This document shows, piece after piece, positions 1-11,880 of a DNA stretch of 64,000 bases; the first letter of the stretch is position 1, and every line of letters starts with the position of its first letter. This stretch comes from Utricularia gibba (lineage: Eukaryota > Plantae > Magnoliophyta). The position numbers and the translations under genes are program-made. A model generated the notes under the pieces. It was not told the DNA's origin and made no database searches. It saw nothing but the letters and a program-made list of their open reading frames with translations. Location: positions 2,046,001 through 2,110,000 of the forward strand of contig NEEC01000009.1 of NCBI GenBank assembly GCA_002189035.1, given 5' to 3'.

Positions 1-2
1 AA

Positions 3-1552
3 AAATTTGTTTCTGGGAAAGATATGGCGTGGAAGGTGAGGAAACCCCAGAGTTCAGTCAGTAGTTGGGAGTTCTCCACCAGAAAGATTGATCATGATGA
101 AGGATATGTTCTTAGTCTGATGAGGGACAAGGGGATTTCTTATAGTTCAGCTCCCCCATCAATTGTAATGTCTATGAGGAACACTTTGATAACGGTTTTA
201 ACTTTGTGGATTCCGTTGACGCCGTTAATGTGGCTTCTTTATCGCCAACTCTCTGCTGCCAGTAGTCCTGCCAGGAGAAGAAAACCTACCAACCAACTTG
301 TTACCTTCGAAGATGTGGAAGGTGTTGACACTGCAAAGATGGAGCTGATGGAGGCAAGCATTCTCCTTTAAGCTTCTAGTTTCTAAGCAGTTTTTTATTT
401 CTTTTACTTTTATGATGTTGACATATCAAGATGTTGATAATGAGCAGCCTTCAGATCTGTAAAGGGCTCTACAGTTATGCGTTTTTCTGATTTTTTGCAG
501 ATGATTTCATTTGCATATGGTTACTGAATATGCTAATCACTTCTTCTGTTAATTCTTTTATTTCCATAGATCGTGTGTTGCCTCCAAGGCTCAATTAACT
601 ACAGTAAACTAGGGGCCAAGTTGCCACGTGGGGTGCTCCTTGTTGGCCCCCCTGGAACAGGGAAGACCTTACTAGCTCGGGCGGTTGCAGGAGAAGCTGG
701 GGTACCATTTTTTTCGGTTTCGGCCAGTGAATTTGTGGAGCTATTCGTTGGAAGAGGCGCTGCTCGCATAAGAGACCTCTTCAGCGTCGCAAGAAAGAAT
801 GCCCCTTCGATTATCTTCATTGATGAACTTGATGCAGTAGGGGGAAACGTGGACGAAGTTTCAATGATGAAAGAGACCAAACATTGAACCAAGTACTTCA
901 TGCTTTTATCCATTCAACTGTTCAACTTAAGTGATCTCTCCTAGTTGTTCCATGTAGTGTTTTTTTTCCTCTACAGTTGCTTACAGAAATGGATGGCTTT
1001 GAATCTGGCATGAACATCATCGTCATTGCTGCCACAAATAGACCTGAAGCTCTTGACCCAGCTCTCTGTCGACCAGGGAGGTTCTCAAGGAAAGTTTACG
1101 TTGGAGAACCAGACCTGGAAGGGAGAAGAAAGATCTTGGCAATACATTTGAGAGACATACCATTGGAGGAAGAGGAGTCCCTTATGTGCAGCCTCATTGG
1201 ATCTCTCACACAAGGCCTTGTTGGTGCTGATCTGGCAAACATAGTAAATGAGGCAGCCCTTCTGGCTGCACGCAGAGGTCAAATAGCTTGAGTTTCTTGT
1301 TGACGGTGGTGTGTTCGATGTAACTTCATTGCATTTTATTACTTTCTTGCAGGAGCTGAAAAGGTTTCCAGAGAAGATATCATGGAAGCTATTGAAAGAG
1401 CCAGGTTCGGAATAAAGGAGAAGCAAACAGGCCTGAGTACGATCAGCAAGGAAGTTGGGAAATGGTTTCCATGGATGCCTCCTCTTTTGAGTGGAAATGA
1501 CAACGGAAAAGATGGAATCCAGGGACCCCTTGGGTACCAAACTTTGAGCTAG
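3..1552 (+). CDS. FTSHI3: FtsH-like inactive AAA protease FtsHi3 (At3g02450-like); 5' end lies before the window
   Basis: Exons ..353, 570-892, 977-1278, 1353-1552. Walker A GPPGTGKT, Walker [22 protein letters not shown]. No HEXXH protease motif; C-terminus GPLGYQTLS* matches my recollection of FtsHi3. GC-AG first intron; apparent -1 frameshift at 840-847. Confidence 0.92.
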
Positions 1553-2109
1553 CAAGTAGCAAGTTACCTTGCTTCTCCTTTTACCCCGGTCGGCGTTCGA
1601 ACCAATGCTGGTCCAGAGTCAGCACACATTCTCTCATCCTTGGATACCAGAAAAGAAAGAGACTGATGTGCTCGTCATATTCAGGGGGTATACAATCCTT
1701 TTTCATGTACATTAGTAAAATGCCGCCAGATTGTTTTCATTGCATGGGAATCTTACCGTCTCCTTGCTAAACAAGTAGTCCAGAGAGAAATCGCGAAACT
1801 CGAGGAAAACAAAACTAGGTAAAGAAAATCAAGCAAGTTCGGATCTAATTTCGCATCAGGAGCCTTTAGCTAACAGATAAATTGTTTTGAAACATAAATC
1901 ACAGATTCATTCAGTATCATTCAAAAATGTTTACATTCCATGCAAAGTCGGAGAGCTGCTCATCTACTTTATCCTCTACCGCAGACTCCATTGGAATAAA
2001 ATCAGAAGGACAAGAGGATTCAATTGGCCCATGACCACGAATTCAGATTCCTTCCGAGACTAAAATAGCATGGACACAGAATGGGGATGGGGATGACCCT
2101 ATCCACAAT

Positions 2110-3928
2110 TTATGGGATGAAATTCCCTGCGAACAGAAGATTGCAAATTCTTATATCCATAGAAGGAGAAGAACTCAAGTTACTTTCCCTCCTCCGAAGC
2201 TTAAGCTCATTAAGTCTGTCACATTTCTCTAGACCATCCATTAAAATACGGTGTGTTCCCTCAGCAATGTCAACACCATCACGCTTCATTTGCTTGAAAA
2301 CTTCAACTCCCGAACCTGCATTTCTAGAAGAGAAGAAAGCACTCATCAGCGCTGTGTATTCAGCTGTACTCTTCTCTTGAGCAGGTAATAGATTGAACAG
2401 TTGGGTAGCAGAAGCAGCATCCCCATTGAGACCAACACGATGTATCAAAAGACTGTTCATCTGAGTGCCTAAAGAATGCCCTTTTCCTACCATTCTTCCA
2501 ACAATTTCTACCACCTTTTCAAAGGAATTGTTTCTAATGGATAAACCTAGTAAGGACAAATATGCAACTCTCTCTAAATCTATCCCTAACTTCAGGCTGT
2601 ATTCATATGCTAATATAGCACCGTCTTTTCTGTGCAGGGCGGTGTTTACCCTGATGATCTCTGATACCAAACTGGATTCCAGTTCTACATTCTTTTCCTT
2701 GATCTCAGCTAACAAGGAATCAAGTGCAGCAAAGTTTCGCTTGTATAGTAAGTTCCAAGCAAGGCTATTTTCCATTCCGAAGGCATCCTCAGGAGGCATT
2801 GGATCACATCTATCAACCCTTTCAGCTTCATTGATATGCCGATTAATTCGTCTTAACAGGGCCATGCTTTCTTCAGCGCCTTCCAATGCTTCAAGTGCTT
2901 TGCGATACACCGGATAACGTAGAACTATGAAGTTTCTCTCCATGTACTGAAGAATTCTGGTAATGGTCATAATGTCCCCTGCTCCACTGCAAATTTCTAT
3001 TAAAGAGTTGCAAGAAGCCTTATCTGGATACTCACCAATTTCCTGCATTTGATCAAATATTTGTAGAGCTTCACCAATTTTCCCTAATAGAATGATAACC
3101 AGACTCAGCGTCATTTTGAAATCTTAGAAAATGCAAACACTAAGCTATAGAAGATTCATGCTAATTAACAAGAATCCTCATACCAGAGGAAGCAAGATAC
3201 TCCATAAGGACCGTATATGTGTAACGGTTAGGTGAAACTCCAGATTCAATCATCTCTTTATACACACCACTTGCTTCTTTTACTCTCTTATGATTCAGCA
3301 AAATCTTAATATAAGCAGTGTAAGAAACAACTGTCAGGGATAAACCCTTTTCCCTCATCTCCTCCCACAACTTTATCGCCCCATCAACATCACCCGAATT
3401 TGATGTCCAATGCATTAGTGACGTGTAAGTAACGACATCAATCTTCATCCTTTTCTCCTTCATCTGATCAAACACGTGCATCATTGAAGATAACCTCTTT
3501 GCCTCCCCAAAAATATCCATCATCGTGGTACAAGTATACTGATCATGCTTGAAATTCTCCTTGGTCGACGCCCAGTTGAAAAAAAGCCAGGCTTTTTGCA
3601 TAGGAGGATGGGCCTTGAGAACTTGAGTGACGGTGTAGGAGTCCCATTTGACGTCAAGTTTTTCCAATTGCTGAAAAGCAGACTCCCAAGGGGAATACTT
3701 AAGAATGCTATATATGCTTCGTATGTTGTCTCTTGCATATACCTGTGGCTTCTTAACCACTGGTTTGTTCACAGTCACTTTTGGAAAGACACGTCTACCA
3801 ACCTTCGACCTGTGCTTTCCCTGTTTACCGAATCTCAGAGTGCTAAAGCACTGGAAGATCACCAAACTCGAAAGTGGTCTACATTTCTTGTCAAGCTGAC
3901 TAGAAAACTTGAAACGAAACACATACAT
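2110..3928 (-). CDS. P-class pentatricopeptide repeat protein (At2g01390-like)
   Basis: Two ORFs joined by a GT-AG phase-1 intron at 3183-3084. Contains VLKAHPPMQKAWLFFNWA and PPR repeats (HDQYTCTTMMDIFG, DVVTYTSLMHW, TVVSYTAYIKIL). Confidence 0.9.
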
Positions 3929-4626
3929 CAACTCTAGAAAAATGCCAACTTCAGCTCAAACTGAAACAAGAAAAATCCCATTCGCGAACCGCAAAAAACC
4001 TAGGGATTAAAGAGCGTCGACGGATAAAAAATGCATGAGAATACGTGAGACGGATTCAAATCAAATCAGCGGAGGACCGGAAACAACTAGCAGGAATTGC
4101 AAAACGAGTGTCGATTAAGGATGAAGTTCTTCACATCGACCGGCGGAAACATCTTCTCCCCGTTGAACTCATTTCCGCACTGTAATTTGTTTTCTATTTG
4201 TCTCTTTCATTTGTTTTTGGTTTTTATTTGAAACACTTATTTTTTTAAATATACTCTTGGTGATTAATTAAACACTAATTTATAAAAATTAAATGAATAT
4301 CAAAAAATATTTTCGATTTTTTAAGATAAAAAAATAAAAATATCTATTTGTGAATTTTAAATGAAATATGTTAGTATTTTTTTATTGTATTTTTTAAGAA
4401 CATTTTTAGTTATTTTGGAAAATGTTGACATGATTTTACGGAAATTAATTTTATTTTTATGGAAATGATTAATTTGAGTAAATTCTACATTATGGAAATC
4501 ACTTTTATGAATTTTCGTTTCTTCATGAAAACTCAATAAAGAAAGTCATGTTTATCATTTTCTTGAAATCACTGTTCTAATTAGGAGTGTGAATTTAAAA
4601 AATGAATTGAATTTTGGATTCATTGA

Positions 4627-4697
4627 TGAGTCAGCGAGCGAAGTACGGCCTGCAAATAGTGTGAAGAATACTTTAATGTCTTTATATGTGTGACTCA
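4627..4697. promoter_or_regulatory. Two inverted GCN4/AP-1-like bZIP motifs (TGAGTCA 4627-4633, TGACTCA 4691-4697) upstream of the TSB type 2 gene
   Basis: Motifs read directly, about 50-120 bp upstream of the ATG at 4748; function is inferred. Confidence 0.35.
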
Positions 4698-4747
4698 TCC
4701 AACACACCTTCCAGTAACGGACACCTCTGCAGTTCGGGGATAGGGAA

Positions 4748-6875
4748 ATGGCTGCTTTCTGCTCCTCTTCTCTGCCATTGAAATCGCCTCCTCGCGGTAA
4801 CCTGATAGATTCTTGATTCGTTTTGAATTTGGGAACTACTGCAACGTGATTGATGAACCTCGGACGTCGTGTTGAGCAACTTCTTGCATGTACTTGTAAT
4901 CGCTATGGGGATGTAGATCAGGCTGTAGGGATTGTTTTTGCGAAGCGTGGTGGGGGTTTGTGTAGTGTATCTTGATCCATCATGATCTTCTGGGAGGTCA
5001 AAAAAAACATTCATGTAAATGCGTCGGGTTTGCGTCAACGTTGACATTTTGCCTCTGTCTCTTGTAGTTGGCGATCGGAAAACTGCTGGGGTTTCTCCGG
5101 ATGGAAAGTTCAGATTTTTCCCGAAAGCAAGTGCTTCAGTTGAAATCCCTCGCCGATGGTACAATTTAGTTCACGATCTTCAAGTTAAGCCGCCGCCCCC
5201 TTTGAATCCCACGACTTTTCAGCCCGTGAAGCCGGAGGATCTGTCGCCCTTGTTTCCCGATGAATTAATCGCGCAAGAGTCGAGCAATGAAAAGTTTATC
5301 GAAATCCCAGAACAAGTTTTGGAGGTTTATGAGCTTTGGCGACCAACACCATTGATAAGGTAAACATCGAACCCACACACGAGTTGATCTGTGCCTCATT
5401 TTTTCAATAAAAACTTGATATCGAAACTCAGGGCTAAAAGACTGGAGAAGTTGCTTGATACTCCTGCAAGAATATACTACAAGTATGAGGGTGTTAGCCC
5501 TGCCGGATCTCATAAACCAAACACTGCGGTTCCTCAGGCGTGGTACAATGCAAAACAAGGTGTTAAAAATGTTGTTACTGAAACTGGAGCTGGTCAGTGG
5601 GGTAGCTCTCTTGCTTTTGCTTCCAGCTTATTTGGCCTCAGTTGTGAAGTAATAATCTAGATCTTAACTTTGTAATGTTTATGTCCATAGCTTGGTATAC
5701 AGGGGGAGCAGTTCTCTTCTTTTTTTTTTTTTTCATTTGATTTGCCTTGTTGTAGGTGTGGCAAGTTCGAGCTTCGTATGATCAAAAACCATATCGTAAG
5801 CTGATGATGGAAACATGGGGAGCTAAGTTGCACCCTTCGCCTTCGAGGATCACCGAAGCAGGACGGAAAGTGCTTGAAAAGGATCCTGATACACCAGGAA
5901 GTTTAGGCATTGCTATCTCTGAGGCTGTGGAGGTTGCTGCAATGAATCCTGACACTAAATACTGCCTGGGAAGTGTTCTCAACCATGTACTGCTGCATCA
6001 AACCGTTATCGGGGAAGAGTGTATAAAGCAGATGGAAGCAATAGGAGAGACACCAGACGTGATTATAGGATGCACAGGGGAGGATCAAATTTTGCAGGTC
6101 TTGCCTTCCCGTTCATCCGCGAGAAGCTCGATGGCAAGATCAATCCTCTCATCCGGGCAGTAGAACCGACAGCTTGTCCCTCCCTTACAAAAGGGATATA
6201 TGCTTATGACTATGGGGATTCAGCAGGAATGACTCCACTGATGAAGATGCACACACTTGGACATGATTTTGTTCCCGATCCAATCCATGCTGGTAACTCT
6301 ACTGACTTCATTCCCGAATCCCATCGTCTTCCTAGCCCTCTTTTTCAGCTTTCAATGGATATACAGAAGAGATTGAAGTTTTGAATGTGTCACTCCATGG
6401 TTCATGATCACAGGTGGCCTCAGATACCATGGCATGGCGCCTTTGCTCTCACACATCTACGAGCTTGGTTTCTTCGAAGCCATCTCCATCCCCCAGTCCG
6501 AGTGCTTCGAAGGTAAGAAATGCACCATCAACAGCACAACCTCCGGTTGTTTTACTACAGAGTGCACATGGTGTTTCGGAAGAAGTTTTCACCAATTGAT
6601 CATGCCCTTCTGTTGCTCCATCAGGTGCCATCAAGTTCGCCCGGACGGAGGGTCTGATACCGGCACCGGAGCCGACACACGCCATAGCTGCCACCATACG
6701 AGAAGCCCTTCGTTGCAGGGAAACCGGAGAGCCAAAAGTGATCCTGATGGCGATGTGCGGACATGGGCATTTTGACTTGCCGGCATACGACAGATATCTT
6801 CAAGGGAGCATGGCTGATCTTTCCTTCCCTGATGACAGGATTAAGGAATCCTTGAGCAATATTCCTCACCTCTGA
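4748..6875 (+). CDS. TSB2: Tryptophan synthase beta chain type 2 (TrpB2, At5g38530-like)
   Basis: Exons 4748-4796, 5068-5359, 5432-5648, 5757-6292, ~6413-6512, ~6626-6875. Motifs [27 protein letters not shown] (PLP lysine), [29 protein letters not shown]. Apparent -1 frameshift at 6077-6080 in CTGGGSNF. Confidence 0.93.
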
Positions 6876-7775
6876 TTCCATTTTAAAGCTGCTAATCTTC
6901 TTCAAGACTGTCTGTCGTCTTTCATGGGAAATAAAATAATTTATATTTTCTGGCAAGGAGTCCCCGTGTCCAAGTTCCGCAAAACTTGGACCTGGGGCGG
7001 TCCGACTCCAAAAGACGCTTTACAAACTGGAAAAGCGACCCGTTTACGGTTTGTCCTTGTCGGCCGCGCGGTCCGGCCCAGTCCACGCAATACTATCAAA
7101 TTGACAAATTTCCTCGACACCTGGAGGAAATGCGAAACTCAAGCGGATTCGAAATTCCCTCACTAGTCCCAGTCTGGTCGCTAAGGCGGTTTTGCGAACA
7201 GCACCTAGAAGATTGCTTCGCCGATAAACGGCGAGGTGACTTTCATCCTTAATCGCCATTGATTTTTCAGTTCAGATTACACTGGGTAGTTATTTGTTTT
7301 CTGTTCTCCTGTTATTTAATTTAATGCTGCAAAATGTTACGCGGATTCGTATACAGTTTATGTCTGTCTTCGCTCTTTGCTCCTTAGGTTCAAGATTGTA
7401 CGATATTGCTAGACCTGGTTCTGCCTATATTTACCCATTTAGTAGGGCATTTTTTGATAATGTTTGAATGTATCATATCTGCAAGTGACGGAAGAAATGA
7501 TGAATGCTTAAGAATGGGGTATGTGTATGTTCAGCAGTTCCAGTTATCTCATATGATTTAGGTATGCTGGAAGCACGAATGTAGAAAGTATGAGCTTAAC
7601 TAGCTGTAAGTGCTTCATATGTACATAGAAAGTATGTTGAAAGCACGAAGGTGGACGTTATTTTCAGTTGTTGTATTTTTTTTAGTTTCAGTGAATGCGG
7701 AAAACCAAACACATTGTATTGTATGTATGAAAGATGAATTTGTATTAACCAAGGGTGTAAACAGTTCCATTGTGG

Positions 7776-8722
7776 TCAAGGATTCAAGTAGGATTTGGCT
7801 AGCCTGGCTTGGTTGTTCTGGCTGTTTCTGCCGTCAGCTGGTCCCTCCCAGAAGGCTATCCAGGTAAGACCGGCCATTAAAACAAGGGTAGACAAACGTA
7901 ATAGCTGGACACCAATTGTGTTGTCCCAATACGTTTTGAAACTGTTAATATATGCAGCCTTGCAGGATGGACAGTCAAAGCAGGACTCCATCCCTGGCTC
8001 CTTCCATATCCGGCATTCTTCATCATCTTTCAGTTGAACTGGTCCCGGCTCCCATGCTGTGATTCCGACTTGTGTCATGTTGCAGCGGTTTGGTGGCATG
8101 CAGCAACCAGCCTGGAAGCATAATAGAAGAAATGGAACATCAGCTTAAAACAACTCCAACAGGTACCTTCTACTTTTTATGAGCAACAGTTTTGTAGCTT
8201 AGAAAAGTAATAAAGTAAAAGGGAACATGCCTCAACCATATAGTCCTTTTGATCATTAGACTGCATTCTCATGTCAAAGCATACATTGCTGGCTATGTAG
8301 CACTCCTTGTTGAGATGCCAGGTGAAACTATTTGTCATAACCATAGGCAGGAGAGGGTTGAAAACCGTCATCCAGTGACTGTTGCTTCCTACGAGGAAGA
8401 CGACATCTGCATTTGCTTTTGGAAAGAGTACCGTGAAGAATGTAAAGAACATGATGAAGGCCGCGGCTGCACCGGTGATAGCCCACTTGTAGCACAAAAC
8501 CAGATGCCTTGAGGGTACAAAGGCCATCAGAATCCCAATCGATGTCATCACCAAAACAGATGCTCCCATCCATAGAACAATCGTGCTGTTTTCGTGCGGA
8601 CATGGCCTTTCCTTCGCTGCCTGGCTGTCCTCCATGTCCTTGGACATCAGAATGTAGGAGATTCCAATGAAGAAGAGGACAACGTTGAAAAAGGTAAGGA
8701 GAATCTTGTAGAAGTTCAACAT
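7776..8722 (-). CDS. Divergent plant tetraspanin
   Basis: Exon 8722-8231 has three hydrophobic segments. GC-AG intron 8230-8112 sits directly before AGCCMPP (family GCCK/RPP). Exon 8111-7776 has CFDCPSCKAA and TM4. The large loop has 9 Cys. Confidence 0.8.
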
Positions 8723-9503
8723 TTCGTTAATGTTGTTATATTGACCCCTAAAAAAAATCTTTCCTTCAAGGTTCTTGGCACTTGATGATCGATCCTCCCC
8801 AGGAAAACTCCCTGCCCTCTCCCACAAACATGAAACAGGTTAGACCAAAAAAATGGTGGTGTTCTGTTTATCTAATTTTTCCCTGGTAAAAATGTTGGTT
8901 TCACCAGGGGCTTGCTCTGTGAAAAAAAAAACTGGACCGTTGTTGCTTTTCTAGGACGAGGAGTTCCAAAGGCGGATTTCTCGCCAGCAATGCAGTTTTC
9001 CTTGGTGGGTAAGTCCCCTGCTTTTGAGTCATCAATTCTTATTCTGTCATTTTAAATAATAACCGCATTTTCTTTTCATGTCTAAAAATGGGTTAAGTAG
9101 CCAGCCCTAGAGAGGTAACTGGTAAAGCAGACACGTGGTGAATGCTTTGGGTTGGAACTTGAACTGAGTTGAAGTAAATAAAAACAATGCATTTTAAATC
9201 ATTTTAACTCAATAGGAACCGATTCATATATCAAAATTGCTCTTGTTTCTTTGAGTTCAAATGAAATTAAATATGAAAAATCATGTGTGCAGGTCTCAGG
9301 GAGAACCATACGGAAGAAAGATGGCCACAATTGGGTTGAATTAATTAATGACAGTCCCCCAACAGGTCAACTTTTTGTTGCTTCAAAAGTGAGTTCGTAA
9401 TTATACTTAGAGGCATTAATGGGTGTTGACATAATCCTGCCTCCCGCTTGATTAGGAGGACACTACTTGGATTTGCAGCGACGGGGGGGAGGGAGGAGGC
9501 TTC

Positions 9504-10786
9504 ATGGGCAAGGCTCACGCAAGGAGAGGAGTAGCAAATTCGGTGACAATCCTGGCCCTGGTCTCGTCGCTTGGGTTACTCTCGCTTTATGTCTTCTCTT
9601 TACCTTACCGGAAATCTGCTGCTCCTACGCGGCGGCTTCATGGATCGGAGGAGGAGAGATGCAATCTTTTTGCTGGAGAGTGGGTGAGGGATCCGGCGGG
9701 GCCGTATTACAGTAATACGTCATGCGCTTCGATTCAGGAGCATCAGAATTGTATGAAATTCGGTCGGCCGGACGGCGGGTTCATGAGGTGGCGGTGGCGG
9801 CCGGACGGCTGCGAGCTGCCGCTGTTCGATCCGGCGGTTTTTGTGGAGATGATGAAGGGGAAGTCGATGGTGTTTGTGGGGGATTCGTTAGCTCGGAATC
9901 ACTTGCAATCGCTGATTTGCCTCTTGTCGAGGGTAACTTTTCGTTGAGTGTCGGGGAATAATTTGGAGAATCTTTTGAGTTTTTCTGATACCTCTTCGTG
10001 TAGGTGGCTAGGCCAGCGGATTTCTCCGAGCCGACGGCGGAGAACAGGCTGTACATCTACCGAGAACACAAATTCAACCTCTCTATCATCTCTTCTCCGT
10101 ACCTGGTCCGCGCGGAGAGCAGGGTCTCCGGCGATCTCTCTAAACCTTTCAATCTGTATCTCGACGAGTTCGATGAGAAGTGGACGAACCGAATCCGCGA
10201 ATTCGACTTCATCGTCGTCTCCGCCGGCCACTGGTTCTCCCGCCCTTCCTACTTTTATCTGAACCGCACTCTCGTCGGCTGCCTCTACTGCTCTGACGCC
10301 AACGTTTCTCAGCTCTCGTCGTCCTACAGCTACCGCCGCGCCTTCACAACAGCATTCCGAGCGATTAATTCGGCCGAGAACTTCACCGGCGCCACGTTCC
10401 TGAGGACATTCACGCCGTCGCACTACGAAGGAGGGCAATGGGATAAGGGCGGGGATTGCCCCAGGACGAAGCCGTTTCGGAGGGATGAGATGCCGGCGGT
10501 TGAGAATTACATCGAGGAGATGCATTCGATCCAATTGGAGGAACTGGCGGCTGCGCAGACAGCAGCAGCTGGGAATGGAAGAAGGTTCCTGGCGCTGGAT
10601 GTAACGGCAGCGATGCTCCTCCGGCCGGACGGGCATCCGAGTAAATACGGGAGACCACGGAGGGTAAACCAGACATTTCCTAGTGACTGCGTCCATTGGT
10701 GCCTCCCTGGTCCTATCGATGCTTGGAACGATTTGTTACAAGAACTACTGAAACGAGAAATGGTGCACGGTACGCGGTACGAATAA
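9504..10786 (+). CDS. Trichome birefringence-like O-acetyltransferase, TBL19/20/21-like, copy A
   Basis: N-terminal TM segment, CNLFAGEW, GDSLARN; intron 9933-10003; DGHPSKY and [15 protein letters not shown] (DxxH catalytic motif). Confidence 0.93.
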
Positions 10787-11880
10787 TTTCAAATCATTTT
10801 TTTCAGGGGTACGTCATCATATTCATTCATGCCCTGTGTATCAGATAAGAAAATATCATTTTTCAAGTACATTTATGTAATTTCACCATAGACCATGGAG
10901 TAGAATAAGTAGCGGAAAATAAGTCCTGTTATTTTGGTACAACAATAAATGAAAACCACTTGAATTGTGAAGCTGTGACATTTAACATTCACGAATTGAA
11001 GATAGGAAAGAAATTCGACAACCCATTCGACTTATAATTTATTTGCACCCAAACCACAACTAACTCTTATGTTTAAAGGTGCTAAGAAGAAAGGGTTTTT
11101 TCATGGTATGCTTTAATGAGGGCACATGGAGAAGGGGTGCGTGATCCTAATTAAATTCGCGCATCCTGACCAGTGAGTCGCCAATCGCGATCTTCTTTGT
11201 TGGCCAAATGAGCCTAACCCCATTCCACATGTGTCGTCCAGTCAAGCCAGCCATCAAGGCTTTGTTATTGTGTTACATACTGAATTGAAAACACACAAAC
11301 ATTGAAAACAACGTTGTACCTGTATCCCAGAATATTTTGCACATTCAAGAGTGTAGCTGCGGCATCAGATGCTATGAGTTGCAGTGGACCTCCCCTGTTC
11401 ACGTCTGTCATCTGTGCCTCTGTTCAACATGTAAATGCTAACACGATGATCAAGTAGAGCAAATAGCAGTTGGGTCCAGCTACAAATAGCAAAATGGAAG
11501 GCAGTAAGAAGAACGCAGTGTGGCTACAAATACACGCACACTTGTGTAGCACATACGCAAAACAAAAGAGAGAACATTTGAACTAACAGTATTAATGTGT
11601 TTGTGTGTTTTTTCCAAAAAAAAAAATGTACTTCAAGCAGTGATTTTGGAAAATCCCGTTTTGAGGAACTACTCCAGAGTAGAAAGCATAGATTTCCATG
11701 TGCTGAAATTTCGCAGTGATGCATGGGGAGTAAATAATAAGAAGGGCGGGGCAGCACCAGAAAACAGAGGAACAGAAACGCCAGATCTCATTTCAGAAAC
11801 AAGCAGCGGGCATCAGAAATCTGATGTTTCCATTCATGAATTGATTCTTGCCCAAACCATACACAGCCATATTCGTGAAT

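Noticed and set aside
3084-3183. Break between the two PPR ORFs as a possible frameshift
   Set aside because: Explained by a canonical 100-nt GT-AG phase-1 intron that rejoins the frames.
7497-7570. RTGATGA C-box as a possible C/D snoRNA
   Set aside because: No CTGA D-box or terminal stem at a plausible distance.
9899-10696. Long antisense ORFs over GC-rich coding exons (also 22051-22512, 23044-23532, 43099-43647, 60950-61276, 63150-63446)
   Set aside because: They are shadow ORFs opposite recognised genes and have no recognisable domains.
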